A stretch of DNA of 64,000 nt from Clostridiales bacterium. Lineage in GTDB: Bacteria; Bacillota; Clostridia; Peptostreptococcales; Anaerovoracaceae. The notes under the pieces were generated by a model that ran no database searches, had not been told where the DNA came from, and saw only the letters and a program-made list of their open reading frames with translations. The stretch lies in contig JAAZCE010000040.1 in NCBI GenBank assembly GCA_012513435.1, positions 32,570 through 96,569 of the forward strand. Reading direction: 5' to 3'. The position numbers and the translations under genes are program-made. Below, one piece after another: positions 1-11,315 of this stretch. Positions within the stretch are counted from its first letter, which is position 1. Each line of letters starts with the position of its first letter.

Positions 1-361
1 TGATGCCTTAGCTCTGGTCAATACCTTTATGGCTATGAGGATAGATTTAAAAAGCAGGAGGCCTGTCCTTGCCAATGGGGCCGGAGGATATTCAGGACCG
101 GGGATATTCCCCATGGCCCTGCGAATGGTGTATCAGACTTATGAGAAAGCAGGAATCCCTATAATCGGAATAGGAGGTATAACTTCTGCCGGAGATGTTA
201 TTGAGATGATGATGGCGGGAGCAGCTGCGGTGGAGGTGGGGGCTGCCAACATGGTGGATCCATATGCCTGCAAGAAAATAATAGAGGAATTACCTTCTGT
301 AATGGAGGAGTACGGTATAGATGATATAAATGAAATAGTGGGAGGTGCGCACAATGGATAG
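1..361 (+). CDS. pyrD: Dihydroorotate dehydrogenase catalytic subunit (5'-truncated by window)
   Basis: Frame open from position 2 (DALALVNTFMAM...GGYSG...IPIIGIGGI...AGAAAVEVG), the family 1 DHOD C-terminus; precedes pyrF. Confidence 0.93.
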   Translation, partial: DALALVNTFMAMRIDLKSRRPVLANGAGGYSGPGIFPMALRMVYQTYEKAGIPIIGIGGITSAGDVIEMMMAGAAAVEVGAANMVDPYACKKIIEELPSVMEEYGIDDINEIVGGAHNG

Positions 362-1040
362 AGGCGTGATAATCGCTTGTGATTTTTCATCGAGAGGTGA
401 GCTTGAGGAATTTTTGTGGATGTTTGGCGGAAGAAGTCTGTTTTTAAAGGTAGGTATGGAGCTTTTTTACAGCGAGGGACCCGATTTAGTGAGAAAGCTG
501 AAGGAACGTGGTCATAGTATATTTCTGGATTTGAAGCTCCACGATATCCCCAACACGGTAATGAGAACCATGAAGGTGCTGTCGGCTTTAAGAATCGACA
601 TGTGCAACGTTCACGGGGCAGGGGCTGTTACTATGATGAGAGCTGCCAGAGAGGGCGCAGGGGATAGCGGAATTAAGCTACTTGCTGTGACACAGCTTAC
701 ATCTATTTCTGAGAAGCAGCTTCGAGATGAGCTGCTTATAGATGGGGGAATGGAGGATACGGTGTTGAAGTATGGAATCAACGCCTGGGAGGCGGGACTT
801 GACGGAGTAGTTTGCTCTACCTGGGAGGCCGAAGGAATACATAGAACCTGCGGGCAGGACTTTATTACCGTTGTGCCGGGAATACGGCTGAGAGAGGATT
901 TGACCGACGATCACAGCAGAGTGGCTACACCTGAGGAAGCAAGAAAGCAGGGGGCAGATTATATCGTCGTGGGGCGCAGCATTACAAAAGCAAATGACCC
1001 GGTCCGAGCATATGAGAGATGTTTAAAGGAATTTTTATAA
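354..1040 (+). CDS. pyrF: Orotidine-5'-phosphate decarboxylase
   Basis: IIACD, LKVG, FLDLKLHDIPNTV, VPGIR, VVGRSIT motifs; GGAGG at 341-345 supports ATG 354. Confidence 0.97.
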   Translation: MDRGVIIACDFSSRGELEEFLWMFGGRSLFLKVGMELFYSEGPDLVRKLKERGHSIFLDLKLHDIPNTVMRTMKVLSALRIDMCNVHGAGAVTMMRAAREGAGDSGIKLLAVTQLTSISEKQLRDELLIDGGMEDTVLKYGINAWEAGLDGVVCSTWEAEGIHRTCGQDFITVVPGIRLREDLTDDHSRVATPEEARKQGADYIVVGRSITKANDPVRAYERCLKEFL

Positions 1041-1055
1041 GGAAAGGATGAACCT

Positions 1056-1664
1056 ATGAAAAGAGAAATCGCCAAAAGGCTTCTAAAAATCAAGGCTGTT
1101 TTTTTCAGGCCAGACCGGCCTTTTACATGGGCAAGCGGAATTAAGAGCCCCGTCTACTGTGACAACAGGCTTATATTGACAGATGTAGAAGTCAGAAACT
1201 TTATCGAAGAAGCAATAGCAGAGACGGTAAAAAAGGAATTCCCAGATTGTGAGGTGCTCATGGGCACGAGTACAGCAGGAATAGCTCACGCTGCCATAGC
1301 GGCCCATATGCTGCAGATACCAATGGGATATGTGAGAGCCTCGGCAAAGGGCCATGGCAGGGAAAACAGAATAGAGGGAAAGCTTGAACTGGGGCAAAAG
1401 ACAGTGGTAATAGAGGACCTGATATCCACCGGAGCAAGCGCAGTGGATTCTGTATTGGCTCTGCGAAAGGCAGGAGCAGAAGTCCTGGGTATTGTAAGCA
1501 TATTCACATACGGTCTTCAAAAAGGAAAGGACGCTATGGCGGCGGCAGATGTAAAGCATTTCAGCCTTACTGATTTTGATACTGTTGTAGGCGAAGCGGC
1601 TGAAGATGGATACATAGAAGGTGATGATGTAGATAAGCTGATATCATTTAGAGATAGCTTGTAA
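1056..1664 (+). CDS. pyrE: Orotate phosphoribosyltransferase
   Basis: [16 protein letters not shown] and PRPP-binding [10 protein letters not shown]. Confidence 0.97.
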   Translation: MKREIAKRLLKIKAVFFRPDRPFTWASGIKSPVYCDNRLILTDVEVRNFIEEAIAETVKKEFPDCEVLMGTSTAGIAHAAIAAHMLQIPMGYVRASAKGHGRENRIEGKLELGQKTVVIEDLISTGASAVDSVLALRKAGAEVLGIVSIFTYGLQKGKDAMAAADVKHFSLTDFDTVVGEAAEDGYIEGDDVDKLISFRDSL

Positions 1665-1674
1665 GGAGGTGGAG

Positions 1675-2592
1675 ATGAAGCACTTGATAGATATTATGGA
1701 GCTAAGTACAGAAGAAATCGACAGAATGATAATGAGGGCCAACGATATTATTGATGATCCGAAGAAGTACAGCCATATATGCCAGGGCAGGAAGCTGGCG
1801 ACCCTGTTTTTTGAGCCGTCTACGAGGACGAGGCTCAGCTTTGAGGCAGCCATGTATGAGCTGGGGGGCAATGTATTGGGTTTTTCAGAGGCTCAGAGTT
1901 CATCTGCCGCCAAGGGAGAAAGCGTTGCCGACACTGTAAGAACTGTAGGCTCATATGCGGATATAATAGCCATGAGGCATCCTAAGGAGGGCGCAGCCCT
2001 TGTAGGCTCGTCAAAATCCACGGTGCCGGTAATCAATGCGGGAGACGGAGGACATAATCATCCTACACAGACTTTAACGGACTTGCTTACTATAAACAGA
2101 GAAAAGGGGAGGTTTGACAATTTGACAGTAGGTCTGTGCGGAGATTTGAAATTCGGAAGAACCGTACATTCCCTTATAAGCGCTATGTCCAGATACGAAA
2201 ATGTCAGCTTTGTTCTTATTTCTCCTGAGGAATTAAAAGTACCCGAGTACCTTAAAGAAGAGGTGATAAAGAAGAAGGGCATAAATTTTGTTGAAACCAC
2301 GGATTTAGAAGGAGTAATGCCTCAGCTTGATATACTTTATATGACCAGGGTGCAGAGGGAACGGTTTTTCAGCGAGCAGGAATACATAAGGCTAAAGGAC
2401 AGCTACATACTCACTACAGACAAGTTGGCAAATGCAAAAGAGGAACTCAGCATACTGCATCCCCTGCCTCGTGTCAATGAAATATCCTTATCCGTAGACG
2501 ATGACCCTAGAGCAAAGTATTTTGAGCAGGTTTTAAACGGCAAATACATTAGAATGGCTCTGATATTAGAGTTTCTGGAGGGAATAAAATGA
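1675..2592 (+). CDS. pyrB: Aspartate carbamoyltransferase catalytic subunit
   Basis: [17 protein letters not shown] and HPLPR motifs; AGGAGG at 1664-1669. Confidence 0.98.
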   Translation: MKHLIDIMELSTEEIDRMIMRANDIIDDPKKYSHICQGRKLATLFFEPSTRTRLSFEAAMYELGGNVLGFSEAQSSSAAKGESVADTVRTVGSYADIIAMRHPKEGAALVGSSKSTVPVINAGDGGHNHPTQTLTDLLTINREKGRFDNLTVGLCGDLKFGRTVHSLISAMSRYENVSFVLISPEELKVPEYLKEEVIKKKGINFVETTDLEGVMPQLDILYMTRVQRERFFSEQEYIRLKDSYILTTDKLANAKEELSILHPLPRVNEISLSVDDDPRAKYFEQVLNGKYIRMALILEFLEGIK

Positions 2593-3035
2593 TAATAGGA
2601 AAGATAGAAAACGGAATCGTACTTGACCATATAGGGGCAGGACGCGGCATGGAAATATACAAGGTGCTGGAGCTTGACAGTCTTGACTGCCAGGTGGCCC
2701 TTATTAAAAATGCGGAGAGCAATAAAATGGGTCAGAAGGACATTATTAAAATAGACAGGATAATAGATATTAATCTGGATGCCATAGGTTACGTGGATCC
2801 AAGAATAACAGTAAATATAATAGAGAATGGCAGGCTGGCCAAGCAGTCTCACATCGAGCTTCCGGAAAGAATCGTCAATGTGATAAAGTGCCGCAATCCA
2901 AGGTGCATTACTACCATTGAGCAGGAGCTGCCTCATGTCTTCCGGCTCACGGACAGGGAAAGCAGGACATATAGATGCCTGTACTGTGAGAGCAAGGCAG
3001 ATATAACCAAGGTGCGTAAGAAGGCAAAACCTTAG
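2589..3035 (+). CDS. pyrI: Aspartate carbamoyltransferase regulatory subunit
   Basis: [11 protein letters not shown]-terminus; Zn ligands CRNPRC and CLYC; ATGA overlap with pyrB. Confidence 0.96.
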   Translation: MIIGKIENGIVLDHIGAGRGMEIYKVLELDSLDCQVALIKNAESNKMGQKDIIKIDRIIDINLDAIGYVDPRITVNIIENGRLAKQSHIELPERIVNVIKCRNPRCITTIEQELPHVFRLTDRESRTYRCLYCESKADITKVRKKAKP

Positions 3036-3061
3036 GCATCGAAGAATGTAAATAGAGCAGT

Positions 3062-3100
3062 AATAAGCCCCGTCTGATATGTAAGGAGACGGGGCTTATT
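3062..3100. terminator. Probable bidirectional intrinsic terminator
   Basis: Perfect 14-bp inverted repeat AATAAGCCCCGTCT / AGACGGGGCTTATT between convergent genes. Confidence 0.8.
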
Positions 3101-3131
3101 GCGTTTACAGATGAAGGATTAGCAACGATTG

Positions 3132-4151
3132 TTAACGGCACGTTGGCGGCGGGAAATCGCCGCAGCCGCAGCCGCAGTTGTCAGCTGGCTGTACATTGTA
3201 TGAATCGCCGCATGAGACCGAAGGACAGTTGCCTGCGCCAGACGACAGATTGGAGGCGCTGCTGCTTGGATCAGTTCTTTCAGGAAACAGACCGGGGCAA
3301 GAGATTACGCCATTGCTGTTTTCTTGAAGCGGAGCCTCTGCGAATCCTGTCGCTAACACACAAAGCTGCACCGGTACTGTTATCTTCTTCTCAACCACTA
3401 CACATATGTGGATTATGAGATTGGCACACAGTTCACCGTTAGGGCTTTGGTTAGTGTCTCTTCCACAGCTGTTGGTAGCAAGCCTTGCTGTAAAGCCCGC
3501 ATTTGACAATTCGGTCAGTCTTGGGAAAAATGCAGAGTTGCTTGTGCTAGGCATGCATAACTCGAAGAAGTTTGTAAGTACTAGAGGGTGGCTCGGTTTT
3601 GCTATGTTGACCTCGGCGCAGACGGTCATGATGCTTTCTCTGCCGCAGCTGTCGCATAAAGCCAGGTCAAGATAGATTATTATGTTCCCCCATAATCTTA
3701 CATTTTGGGTTCCGAAAATAGGAGTTCCTCCGGAGCATGTGTCGTCACAATCGCTAGTGTCAGCAAAAAGTATTTTTTCTGACGGAACTCCGTCCGGACC
3801 GATGGTTTCCGTAACTCCGTTGCAGTTGTTTATGAAACAGGCCCCTGAAAGACCTGTTTCCATGTCAAGGGTCAGGTTGTCACAGTCGGAAGAGTTGTCA
3901 GGATTAAAAACCTTTTTGCATCTTATATCAACAATCCTGTTGATTGAACAGCCGCAAGGGATGGCAGGAGTGAATCTCAGGCCCTGAATGGTTTTCATGC
4001 CCTGCAGATTGAATCTCACTGCATCGTATACGCTCTGAACATAGATAGGAGTTGATACCACATCTTCTAAATTTCCGCTGAAGCTGCAGAGATTGTTGCC
4101 GCTGCAGCAGTTATCGGTCGTATCTGTTTGTGATGTACAAAAACAGTTCAT
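3132..4151 (-). CDS. Cysteine-rich protein, probable spore coat/exosporium protein (CdeC-like)
   Basis: 339 aa, AAGGAGG before ATG; Cys clusters at both ends; PIYVQSVYD, ELCMPS and ICVVVEKKITVPVQLCVLA recall C. difficile CdeC from memory. Confidence 0.6.
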   Translation of the reverse strand: MNCFCTSQTDTTDNCCSGNNLCSFSGNLEDVVSTPIYVQSVYDAVRFNLQGMKTIQGLRFTPAIPCGCSINRIVDIRCKKVFNPDNSSDCDNLTLDMETGLSGACFINNCNGVTETIGPDGVPSEKILFADTSDCDDTCSGGTPIFGTQNVRLWGNIIIYLDLALCDSCGRESIMTVCAEVNIAKPSHPLVLTNFFELCMPSTSNSAFFPRLTELSNAGFTARLATNSCGRDTNQSPNGELCANLIIHICVVVEKKITVPVQLCVLATGFAEAPLQENSNGVISCPGLFPERTDPSSSASNLSSGAGNCPSVSCGDSYNVQPADNCGCGCGDFPPPTCR

Positions 4152-4275
4152 CGTTTACCTCCTTAAAGATAATAATATAATTATGGATATTTACTGAATT
4201 GTTCAATGGCAGTATATGAAAATTATTGCATTTGTGTTACAATCAATAATATTATCAAAGGAAGGTTATTGTGTT

Positions 4276-5529
4276 ATGGTAAAGATAAAGAAACTCGACT
4301 GCGGTACTACGATTATAATGGAGAAAACAGATTACGTTCAATCCGCAGCACTTGGCATATGGGTAAAAGCAGGGGCATGCGATGAAAGCGACAGCAATTC
4401 GGGAGTGTCCCATTTTATTGAACACATGATGTTCAAGGGAACGGAAAAACGTTCGGCCAAGGATATAGCTTCGGATGTAGATGAAATAGGGGGAATGTTC
4501 AATGCCTTCACTGGCAAGGAAGCCACCTGCTACTATATCAAGACCCTTTCCTCCAACATATGTAAAGGAGCAGAAATCCTTCTGGATATGATTACAGGTT
4601 CCCGTTTTGATACCGTCGAAATGGATAAGGAGAGAATGGTCATTCTGGAAGAAATAAAAATGGTGAAGGACAGCCCCGATGATGACGTGTACGATACAAT
4701 ATCAGAACTGGTTTCCGGCGGAAATCCTTTGGGGAGAAGCATACTAGGCACTCCCGAAAGCCTTCAGGACATAGACAGAGGCAAGCTGACAGGCTATCTG
4801 GATGAAAAATATGCAAGAGACAGCATAGTCGTAGCCATTGCTGGCAATTTTGACGAAGAAGGAACACTTCAAATGTTTGAAAACAAGCTGGGAAGCCTTC
4901 GCGAAAGAAAGGTTAGTCATGAGGTAAAGTTAAAACCATACAAACAGAGCTTCAATGTAAAGGTAAGGGATATAGAACAGACCCATATTTGTTTGGCTAC
5001 ACCGGGAGTTTCCATGGCCGATGACAGATATTATTCATTTGTGCTGATGAACAGCATATTCGGCGGCAGCATGAGCTCAAGGCTGTTCCAAAATATAAGA
5101 GAAGAAAAGGGACTGGCATATTCAGTCTGTTCCATGAATGTGTTTTCTAGCTACTGGGGATTTTTCAGCATATATGCAGGAGTTGCTCATGAAAAAGCCA
5201 AGGATACTCTGGATGCAATAAAGTACGAGTTGGAGCTGCTGAGAAAGAAGGGCGTTACTGAAGAAGAACTTTCCATTGCAAAAGAACAGGTCAAGAGCTC
5301 TTACATTTTTGGCCTGGAAAGCATAAACAGCAGAATGTTTTCTATCGGCAAGAACAAGCTGCTCCAGGACAGGGTCTACGACCCGGCTCAGGTTCTGCAG
5401 TCCTTTGACAGCGTTACCTGTGAGGACATATCAAAGGCAGCAGAGATAATCGGAGATTACTCAGCATACTGCGGAGCGTCGGTCACAGGGAAAAAGTTGG
5501 ACCTTGAGAACCTGATTCTTAGAGGATAG
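4276..5529 (+). CDS. M16 (pitrilysin/inverzincin) family Zn peptidase
   Basis: HFIEH inverted Hxx[22 protein letters not shown]. Confidence 0.93.
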   Translation: MVKIKKLDCGTTIIMEKTDYVQSAALGIWVKAGACDESDSNSGVSHFIEHMMFKGTEKRSAKDIASDVDEIGGMFNAFTGKEATCYYIKTLSSNICKGAEILLDMITGSRFDTVEMDKERMVILEEIKMVKDSPDDDVYDTISELVSGGNPLGRSILGTPESLQDIDRGKLTGYLDEKYARDSIVVAIAGNFDEEGTLQMFENKLGSLRERKVSHEVKLKPYKQSFNVKVRDIEQTHICLATPGVSMADDRYYSFVLMNSIFGGSMSSRLFQNIREEKGLAYSVCSMNVFSSYWGFFSIYAGVAHEKAKDTLDAIKYELELLRKKGVTEEELSIAKEQVKSSYIFGLESINSRMFSIGKNKLLQDRVYDPAQVLQSFDSVTCEDISKAAEIIGDYSAYCGASVTGKKLDLENLILRG

Positions 5530-5546
5530 AGGAAGGAGGCTCAATA

Positions 5547-5975
5547 ATGGAAATTAATATTAAATCTCTTTCGGGGAAGCTTCCCTGCTATGAGACAAGT
5601 GGTTCGGCAGGCATGGACCTAAGAGCCTTTGCAAATGAGCCTGTTGAAATACTTCCTGGCAAGAGAGCCCTTATTCCCACAGGTCTTTTTATAGAGGTGC
5701 CTGAGGGATACGAAGTGCAGATAAGAGCGAGAAGTGGCCTTGCCGTAAAGTACGGAATCGGGCTTACCAACGGAGTAGGAACCATAGACAGCGATTATCG
5801 CGGAGAAATCAAGGTATCGCTTATAAACTGGGGAGAGGAAGCCTTCATCGTTAACAATGGTGACCGAATAGCCCAGATGGTAGTGGCAAAGTACGAGAAG
5901 GTAGAGCTGAGAAAGGTGGAGAACCTGTCGGATACGGCAAGGGGCTCAGGAGGATTCGGACATACGGGAATTTAA
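5547..5975 (+). CDS. dut: dUTP diphosphatase
   Basis: [31 protein letters not shown] motifs. Confidence 0.98.
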   Translation: MEINIKSLSGKLPCYETSGSAGMDLRAFANEPVEILPGKRALIPTGLFIEVPEGYEVQIRARSGLAVKYGIGLTNGVGTIDSDYRGEIKVSLINWGEEAFIVNNGDRIAQMVVAKYEKVELRKVENLSDTARGSGGFGHTGI

Positions 5976-6020
5976 TATCAAAATCAAAATCTGTCGCATA
6001 TACTACCGTGAGGTGGTGCA

Positions 6021-6989
6021 ATGACAGATTTTTTATTGTTAGAAGAAATAAGCAAGCTTATAGGTAGGCTGGAAAGACCCAGGCTTATGCACAGGAAGGG
6101 TATATGTGCAGGCGGGTATTTTAGGCCTTACATGTCCCTGTCGGACTATACTAAGGCAGAATTGTTCCTCAATCCGGACAGAGCTACTGATGTGGCGGTG
6201 CGATTCTCCTCAATGCTAGGCGGCGAAGGGACTGCGGATACTTCCAGGAATATAAAGGGGCTGTCGGTCAAGTTTAGCCATGAGGATGGAAGCTATGATT
6301 TGATATGCCAGAGCATTCCCGTATATTTTATAAACGATGAAACGAAATTCCCCGATTTACATAGGGCCCTGTCTGATAAATACAGCTTTGACGGAGGGGA
6401 TAAAAGAAAGTTGTGGGACTTTGCAGCGGCAAACCCAGAGAGTATCAACTGTATATTGAGGCTCTATTCCTTTTGCGGGCTTTCCAGCTCATTTACAGAT
6501 ATAGTCATGTATTCCGTAAACACTTATATATGGAAAAACAGCAAGGACAGAAAGTATCTGGTCCGATATAAGTGGGTTCCTCTAAAGCCAAATGGTGTTG
6601 AGAACGTAGGGGATAAGAGGATTAACAGCATATTTGCGGAGTTTATGGCAGGCTTTGACCCTGATATAGCGACAGAGCAGATGATATCTCATATAGAGAG
6701 CGGTAAGTTCCCGCAATACGAGCTACATGTTCAGCTCATAGATTACGAATACATCAATGACAGCAGCTACATCAAGACGACGCTGTGCTGGAATGAGGAT
6801 GTTATCAAATCCTTTCCCGTGGGCATCATGAAGCTGACTAAGATTCTAAGAGACAGTGAAGATGGGAAAAAAGCGCAGCATTTTTCTCCCACCAACTTGA
6901 TAGATGGAATAGAAATGTGCGGGGATGACTTCACCAAGGTTATGGGATATTCCCATAACATGGGAGCAAATATGCGAGGGGTATTATGA
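6021..6989 (+). CDS. Catalase-fold protein, divergent (beta-barrel core only)
   Basis: RLMHRKG (distal His), VRFSS, DTSRNIKGLSVKF, YLVRYKWVP, FSPTNLIDGIE; lacks N-terminal arm and wrapping loop. Confidence 0.8.
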   Translation: MTDFLLLEEISKLIGRLERPRLMHRKGICAGGYFRPYMSLSDYTKAELFLNPDRATDVAVRFSSMLGGEGTADTSRNIKGLSVKFSHEDGSYDLICQSIPVYFINDETKFPDLHRALSDKYSFDGGDKRKLWDFAAANPESINCILRLYSFCGLSSSFTDIVMYSVNTYIWKNSKDRKYLVRYKWVPLKPNGVENVGDKRINSIFAEFMAGFDPDIATEQMISHIESGKFPQYELHVQLIDYEYINDSSYIKTTLCWNEDVIKSFPVGIMKLTKILRDSEDGKKAQHFSPTNLIDGIEMCGDDFTKVMGYSHNMGANMRGVL

Positions 6990-7183
6990 TGAGAGAAGCA
7001 CAGCAGGCTGCTGAATTTTACAAATCACTGTCCGAAGAGGAACGGGAGGATCTTGCAGAGGCCGTAGCAGCGGACATTTACTTTTTTGATGAAAACATGC
7101 AGGAGAAAATAAGAAAGCTCATAGAGAGCACCAACATGGAGCTTTGGAAAAAAATCGCCGAAAGAAACAACTTTACATTGTAA
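6986..7183 (+). CDS. Stand-alone catalase C-terminal helical (catalase-related) domain
   Basis: QQAAEFYKSLSEEEREDLAEAVA matches the catalase C-terminal helical pattern; own GAGGGG at 6976-6981; ATGA overlap. Confidence 0.65.
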   Translation: MMREAQQAAEFYKSLSEEEREDLAEAVAADIYFFDENMQEKIRKLIESTNMELWKKIAERNNFTL

Positions 7184-7240
7184 GAGCACATAGGTATTAT
7201 TAGTGTAGAGAATTACAAACATACAAAGGAATGATTAAAG

Positions 7241-8239
7241 ATGATTACCAGAGAAGTACTGGAAAGACGAGAATTTGAAATATTGTCAAGGTATGCAACC
7301 AAGGCGACCGAAAGTAAAGGCAGGGCTCTTGACGAAAAAAAGTGTGCTATCCGAACGGATTTTCAACGGGACAGAGACAGAATAATACACTCTAAGGCTT
7401 TCAGGAGACTTATGCATAAGACTCAGGTATTTCTTTCGCCTGAAGGGGACCACTACAGAACCAGACTGACCCATACAATAGAGGTTTCCCAGATAGCAAG
7501 AACCATAGCGCGGGGCGCGGGACTAAATGAAGATTTAGCCGAAGCCACAGCAATGGGTCATGATCTTGGCCATACGCCCTTCGGACACAGCGGAGAGGCG
7601 GTTTTGAACGAAATATATCCGGGAGGATTTAAACACAATGTGCAGAGCCTTAGGGTCGTAGACGTTCTTGAGTCGGGAAGTGAAGCAAGGCGTGGCATGA
7701 ATCTTACATATGAGGTGAGAGACGGTATAGTGAACCACACAGGCAGCGCTGTGCCCTCTACTCCTGAAGGGCAGATAGTGAAAGTCAGTGACAGGATAGC
7801 ATATATAAATCATGATATTGACGACGCTATAAGAAGTGGAATAATCACGGCCGGTGACCTGCCAAAAGACTGTACCGAGATTCTAGGCTCAACCCACAAA
7901 GAGAGAATAGATACTCTTGTAAAAGATATGATACAAAACAGCTTAGACAAACCCACGGCTCAGCTCAGCGAGGGAAAAACAAATGCCATGAATAAGCTGA
8001 GGACATTTATGTTTGAAAATGTTTACCATAATGAAAGGGTGAAAAAGGAAGAAGACCTAGATAAGGTAAGGGTTGTGATAACATGGCTCTACGATTATTT
8101 TTTCAAAGAACCCTCAAGGCTGCCTGAGGAATTGCTTGCAATGAAGGATGAGTTTACAGCCGAGGAACTTGTGAAAGATCATGTGGCTGGCATGACGGAT
8201 CGTTATGCTCTGCATTTTTATGAGATTTTTAATAAATAA
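7241..8239 (+). CDS. Deoxyguanosinetriphosphate triphosphohydrolase-like HD protein
   Basis: FQRDRDRIIHSKAFRRL, RTRLTH, HDLGHTPFGH, AGMTD; typical position upstream of dnaG. Confidence 0.93.
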   Translation: MITREVLERREFEILSRYATKATESKGRALDEKKCAIRTDFQRDRDRIIHSKAFRRLMHKTQVFLSPEGDHYRTRLTHTIEVSQIARTIARGAGLNEDLAEATAMGHDLGHTPFGHSGEAVLNEIYPGGFKHNVQSLRVVDVLESGSEARRGMNLTYEVRDGIVNHTGSAVPSTPEGQIVKVSDRIAYINHDIDDAIRSGIITAGDLPKDCTEILGSTHKERIDTLVKDMIQNSLDKPTAQLSEGKTNAMNKLRTFMFENVYHNERVKKEEDLDKVRVVITWLYDYFFKEPSRLPEELLAMKDEFTAEELVKDHVAGMTDRYALHFYEIFNK

Positions 8240-8300
8240 AAAAAGGAAACAGTAAGCTTTTGTCGTATATTCATATTAGAGAGTAAAACGAGGGGCAAAA

Positions 8301-10046
8301 GTGAGCGCAAATAATCAGAGCAATATAGTCGATGATATTAAAAGTAGGTGTAACATTGTAGATGTTATAGGCAGAGTCGTTCCCCTGAAAAAAGCGGGGA
8401 GCAACTATAAAGGAGTCTGCCCTTTCCACAATGAAAAAACACCTTCTTTTGTTGTTTCTGAAGCAAAGCAAATATACACCTGCTTCGGATGTGGGGCTAC
8501 GGGAGATGTAATCGGGTTTGTTGAGCACTACTACAGTCTGGATTTCAAGGGAGCAGTAGAGCTGCTGGCTAAGGAATACGGCATAGACCTTGAGGGTACA
8601 TTCAAGGGCTCCAAGAACAAGGACCAGCTCTTTGAGATAAACAGACAGGCGGCAAGGTTTTATTACAGAGCCTTTAGGGAGCGCTCTAACCCCGGATATA
8701 CATATATGAAAAGGAGGGGGATTTCAGAAGAAACTCTCAATGAGTTTGGCGTCGGTTATGCTGATGGAGAGTGGACAAGCCTCTTGGACCATCTAAAGGG
8801 CATGGGATTTTCGGAGGAAAAAATCTTCGAGGTAGGACTGGTTTCCCGGTCTAAGGGTAAAATCTACGATAAATTCAGAAACAGAGTGATTTTTCCCATC
8901 ATCAATACTTCGGGGAAGGTAATAGGCTTCGGAGGCAGGATACTGGACGAGGGAGAACCAAAATATTTGAATTCACAGGAATCGGTGGTATTTCAAAAAA
9001 AAAATAATCTCTATGGACTGAATTTGACGAGAAAAAGTGTAAGCAGTCAAGACTCCATCGTTCTCGTGGAAGGATATATGGATGTTATATCACTTTATCA
9101 GTCGGGTATAAGAAATGTTTCCGCGTCTCTGGGCACCGCCCTTACGGAAAATCAAGCTAAGCTGATAAAACGGTTCACCAAGAATGTGATACTTTCCTAC
9201 GATGCGGACAGTGCAGGGCAGAACGCCGCTTTCAGAGGGCTGGATGTTCTGTATAAGGAAGGCTGCAGGGCTAAAGTATTGAAGGTAACGGACGGAAAGG
9301 ACCCTGACGAGTTCATAAAAAAGCACGGGAAAGGAGCCTTTAAGGGGCTGATGGACAAGGCCATCCCTTACGGAGACTTTAAACTCGATATGGTGAAGAG
9401 CAAATATGATATGTCCGACGAGCAGCAAAAGATAGAGTTTTTGCACGATGCGGTAGAGGTTTTGAAGGAAATGAAGCCCGTGGAAGCCGACCTTTACATA
9501 AAAAAACTGGCCGGAAACACCGGCATAAGCGAAGGTGCTATAAGATTCGAATATTCAGGCAATAATAGTCAGGAACAGAATTACAATTCCTTCCATGAAA
9601 GCAATGGGGTGGAGGGGGAAGAAAGGCAGAAGATACCTTTATTGGAAAGGGACCTTCTGAGTTTGATGTTTGCAGACAGCGTCTATATAGGATTGCCGGA
9701 TGATGTTAAAAATGCGGCCTTTGCTAGTAATGCTGGCAGAAGTATATATTCATCCCTTTGCAGGCTAATTGCGGAAGGCAAGAAGGCAAGCGGGAGTGTT
9801 CTACGGGAAATAATCGATGAAGAATACATTGCTGCTCTCGGAGAAATAGAAGAAAACAGCATATCTGAGGACAAGGAAGAAAAGGTGTTCGCAGATTGCA
9901 TAAATAAGATAAGAAAAGTATTGCTAAAAAAGAAAGAGGAAGAGCTCATCGCGAAACTTTCCATGGCTGATGAAGAGGAGAACAAGCAAGAGATAGCAGA
10001 TTTTACGCAGCAATTGATGGAAATACAACAAAAGCTAAAGGATTAG
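8301..10046 (+). CDS. dnaG: DNA primase
   Basis: [15 protein letters not shown] Zn finger, KYLNS, VEGYMDV TOPRIM, KDPDE. Confidence 0.98.
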   Translation: MSANNQSNIVDDIKSRCNIVDVIGRVVPLKKAGSNYKGVCPFHNEKTPSFVVSEAKQIYTCFGCGATGDVIGFVEHYYSLDFKGAVELLAKEYGIDLEGTFKGSKNKDQLFEINRQAARFYYRAFRERSNPGYTYMKRRGISEETLNEFGVGYADGEWTSLLDHLKGMGFSEEKIFEVGLVSRSKGKIYDKFRNRVIFPIINTSGKVIGFGGRILDEGEPKYLNSQESVVFQKKNNLYGLNLTRKSVSSQDSIVLVEGYMDVISLYQSGIRNVSASLGTALTENQAKLIKRFTKNVILSYDADSAGQNAAFRGLDVLYKEGCRAKVLKVTDGKDPDEFIKKHGKGAFKGLMDKAIPYGDFKLDMVKSKYDMSDEQQKIEFLHDAVEVLKEMKPVEADLYIKKLAGNTGISEGAIRFEYSGNNSQEQNYNSFHESNGVEGEERQKIPLLERDLLSLMFADSVYIGLPDDVKNAAFASNAGRSIYSSLCRLIAEGKKASGSVLREIIDEEYIAALGEIEENSISEDKEEKVFADCINKIRKVLLKKKEEELIAKLSMADEEENKQEIADFTQQLMEIQQKLKD

Positions 10047-10059
10047 AAAGGGCGGTAAG

Positions 10060-11274
10060 ATGACAACAAAAAAAATAGAAAACGAAAAAATCAATATTGA
10101 AGCCAATGAAGAAACAGCTGGAGAAACCACTCTTTTAGACGACGAGGCAAAAAAGACGATGGTTAAAACTTTGCTGGATAAGGCCTCGGGAAAAGGGAAG
10201 AAGCTGACCTATTTGGAGATAGCCAATGTGCTTGGAGATGTTGATATTGATAAAGACCAGATGGATGAAATATACGAGTCTCTCATGGGTAAGGGCATTG
10301 AGGTTGCAATGGAAAGTGAGCCTAACGAAATCGAGCTTCTTGAAATCGAAGAGGAAGATGTGGAAGACCCTGAAGTAGAGGCTGTTATTGCAAAAAATCC
10401 TGCGGCTAAGGAGATAGATCTGGAGGCGACGATTTCCAAGAACGTGGCGGTAGACGATCCGGTAAGGATGTACCTTAAGGAGATAGGTAAGGTGCCTTTG
10501 CTTACGGCTCAGGAGGAAATCGACCTTGCTAAGAGAATGGAAGCTGGAGATGAGGAAGCCAAGAAAAAACTTTGCGAGGCAAATTTGAGGCTGGTTGTAA
10601 GTATAGCCAAGAAATACGTAGGCAGAGGTATGCTTTTTCTGGACCTTATTCAGGAAGGCAATCTGGGACTAATTAAGGCCGTTGATAAATTTGACTGGAA
10701 GAAGGGATATAAGTTTAGTACCTATGCAACCTGGTGGATAAGACAGGCAATCACAAGATCTATAGCAGATCAGGCCAGGACTATAAGGATCCCGGTTCAC
10801 ATGGTGGAGACCATAAACAAGCTCATAAGAGTCTCAAGGCAGCTGCTTCAGGAGGAAGGAAGAGAGCCGACCCCTGATGAAATTGCCGAGGAGATGGGAA
10901 TCTCCGTGGAAAAGGTGAGAGAAATTCATAAGATAGCTCAGGAGCCTGTATCCTTGGAAACGCCTATTGGTGAAGAGGAAGACAGCCACCTGGGAGATTT
11001 CATACCTGATGAGGATGCTCCGGCGCCTGCAGAGGCTGCAGCCTTCTCTATGCTGAAGGAACAGCTGGTGGATGTTCTGGGAACCCTGACAGAGCGGGAA
11101 CAGAAAGTACTGAGATTGAGATTTGGTCTTGAGGATGGAAGAGCCAGAACCTTGGAAGAGGTAGGCAAACAGTTTGATGTTACAAGGGAAAGAATCAGGC
11201 AGATAGAGGCAAAGGCCCTGAGAAAGCTGAGACACCCCACCAGAAGCAAAAAGCTCAAGGATTATTTAGAATAG
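10060..11274 (+). CDS. rpoD: Primary RNA polymerase sigma factor SigA/RpoD
   Basis: [44 protein letters not shown]. Confidence 0.99.
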   Translation: MTTKKIENEKINIEANEETAGETTLLDDEAKKTMVKTLLDKASGKGKKLTYLEIANVLGDVDIDKDQMDEIYESLMGKGIEVAMESEPNEIELLEIEEEDVEDPEVEAVIAKNPAAKEIDLEATISKNVAVDDPVRMYLKEIGKVPLLTAQEEIDLAKRMEAGDEEAKKKLCEANLRLVVSIAKKYVGRGMLFLDLIQEGNLGLIKAVDKFDWKKGYKFSTYATWWIRQAITRSIADQARTIRIPVHMVETINKLIRVSRQLLQEEGREPTPDEIAEEMGISVEKVREIHKIAQEPVSLETPIGEEEDSHLGDFIPDEDAPAPAEAAAFSMLKEQLVDVLGTLTEREQKVLRLRFGLEDGRARTLEEVGKQFDVTRERIRQIEAKALRKLRHPTRSKKLKDYLE

Positions 11275-11315
11275 GAAGTTCAAATATTATTTAGAATAAG
11301 AAGCAGGGAGCAATT

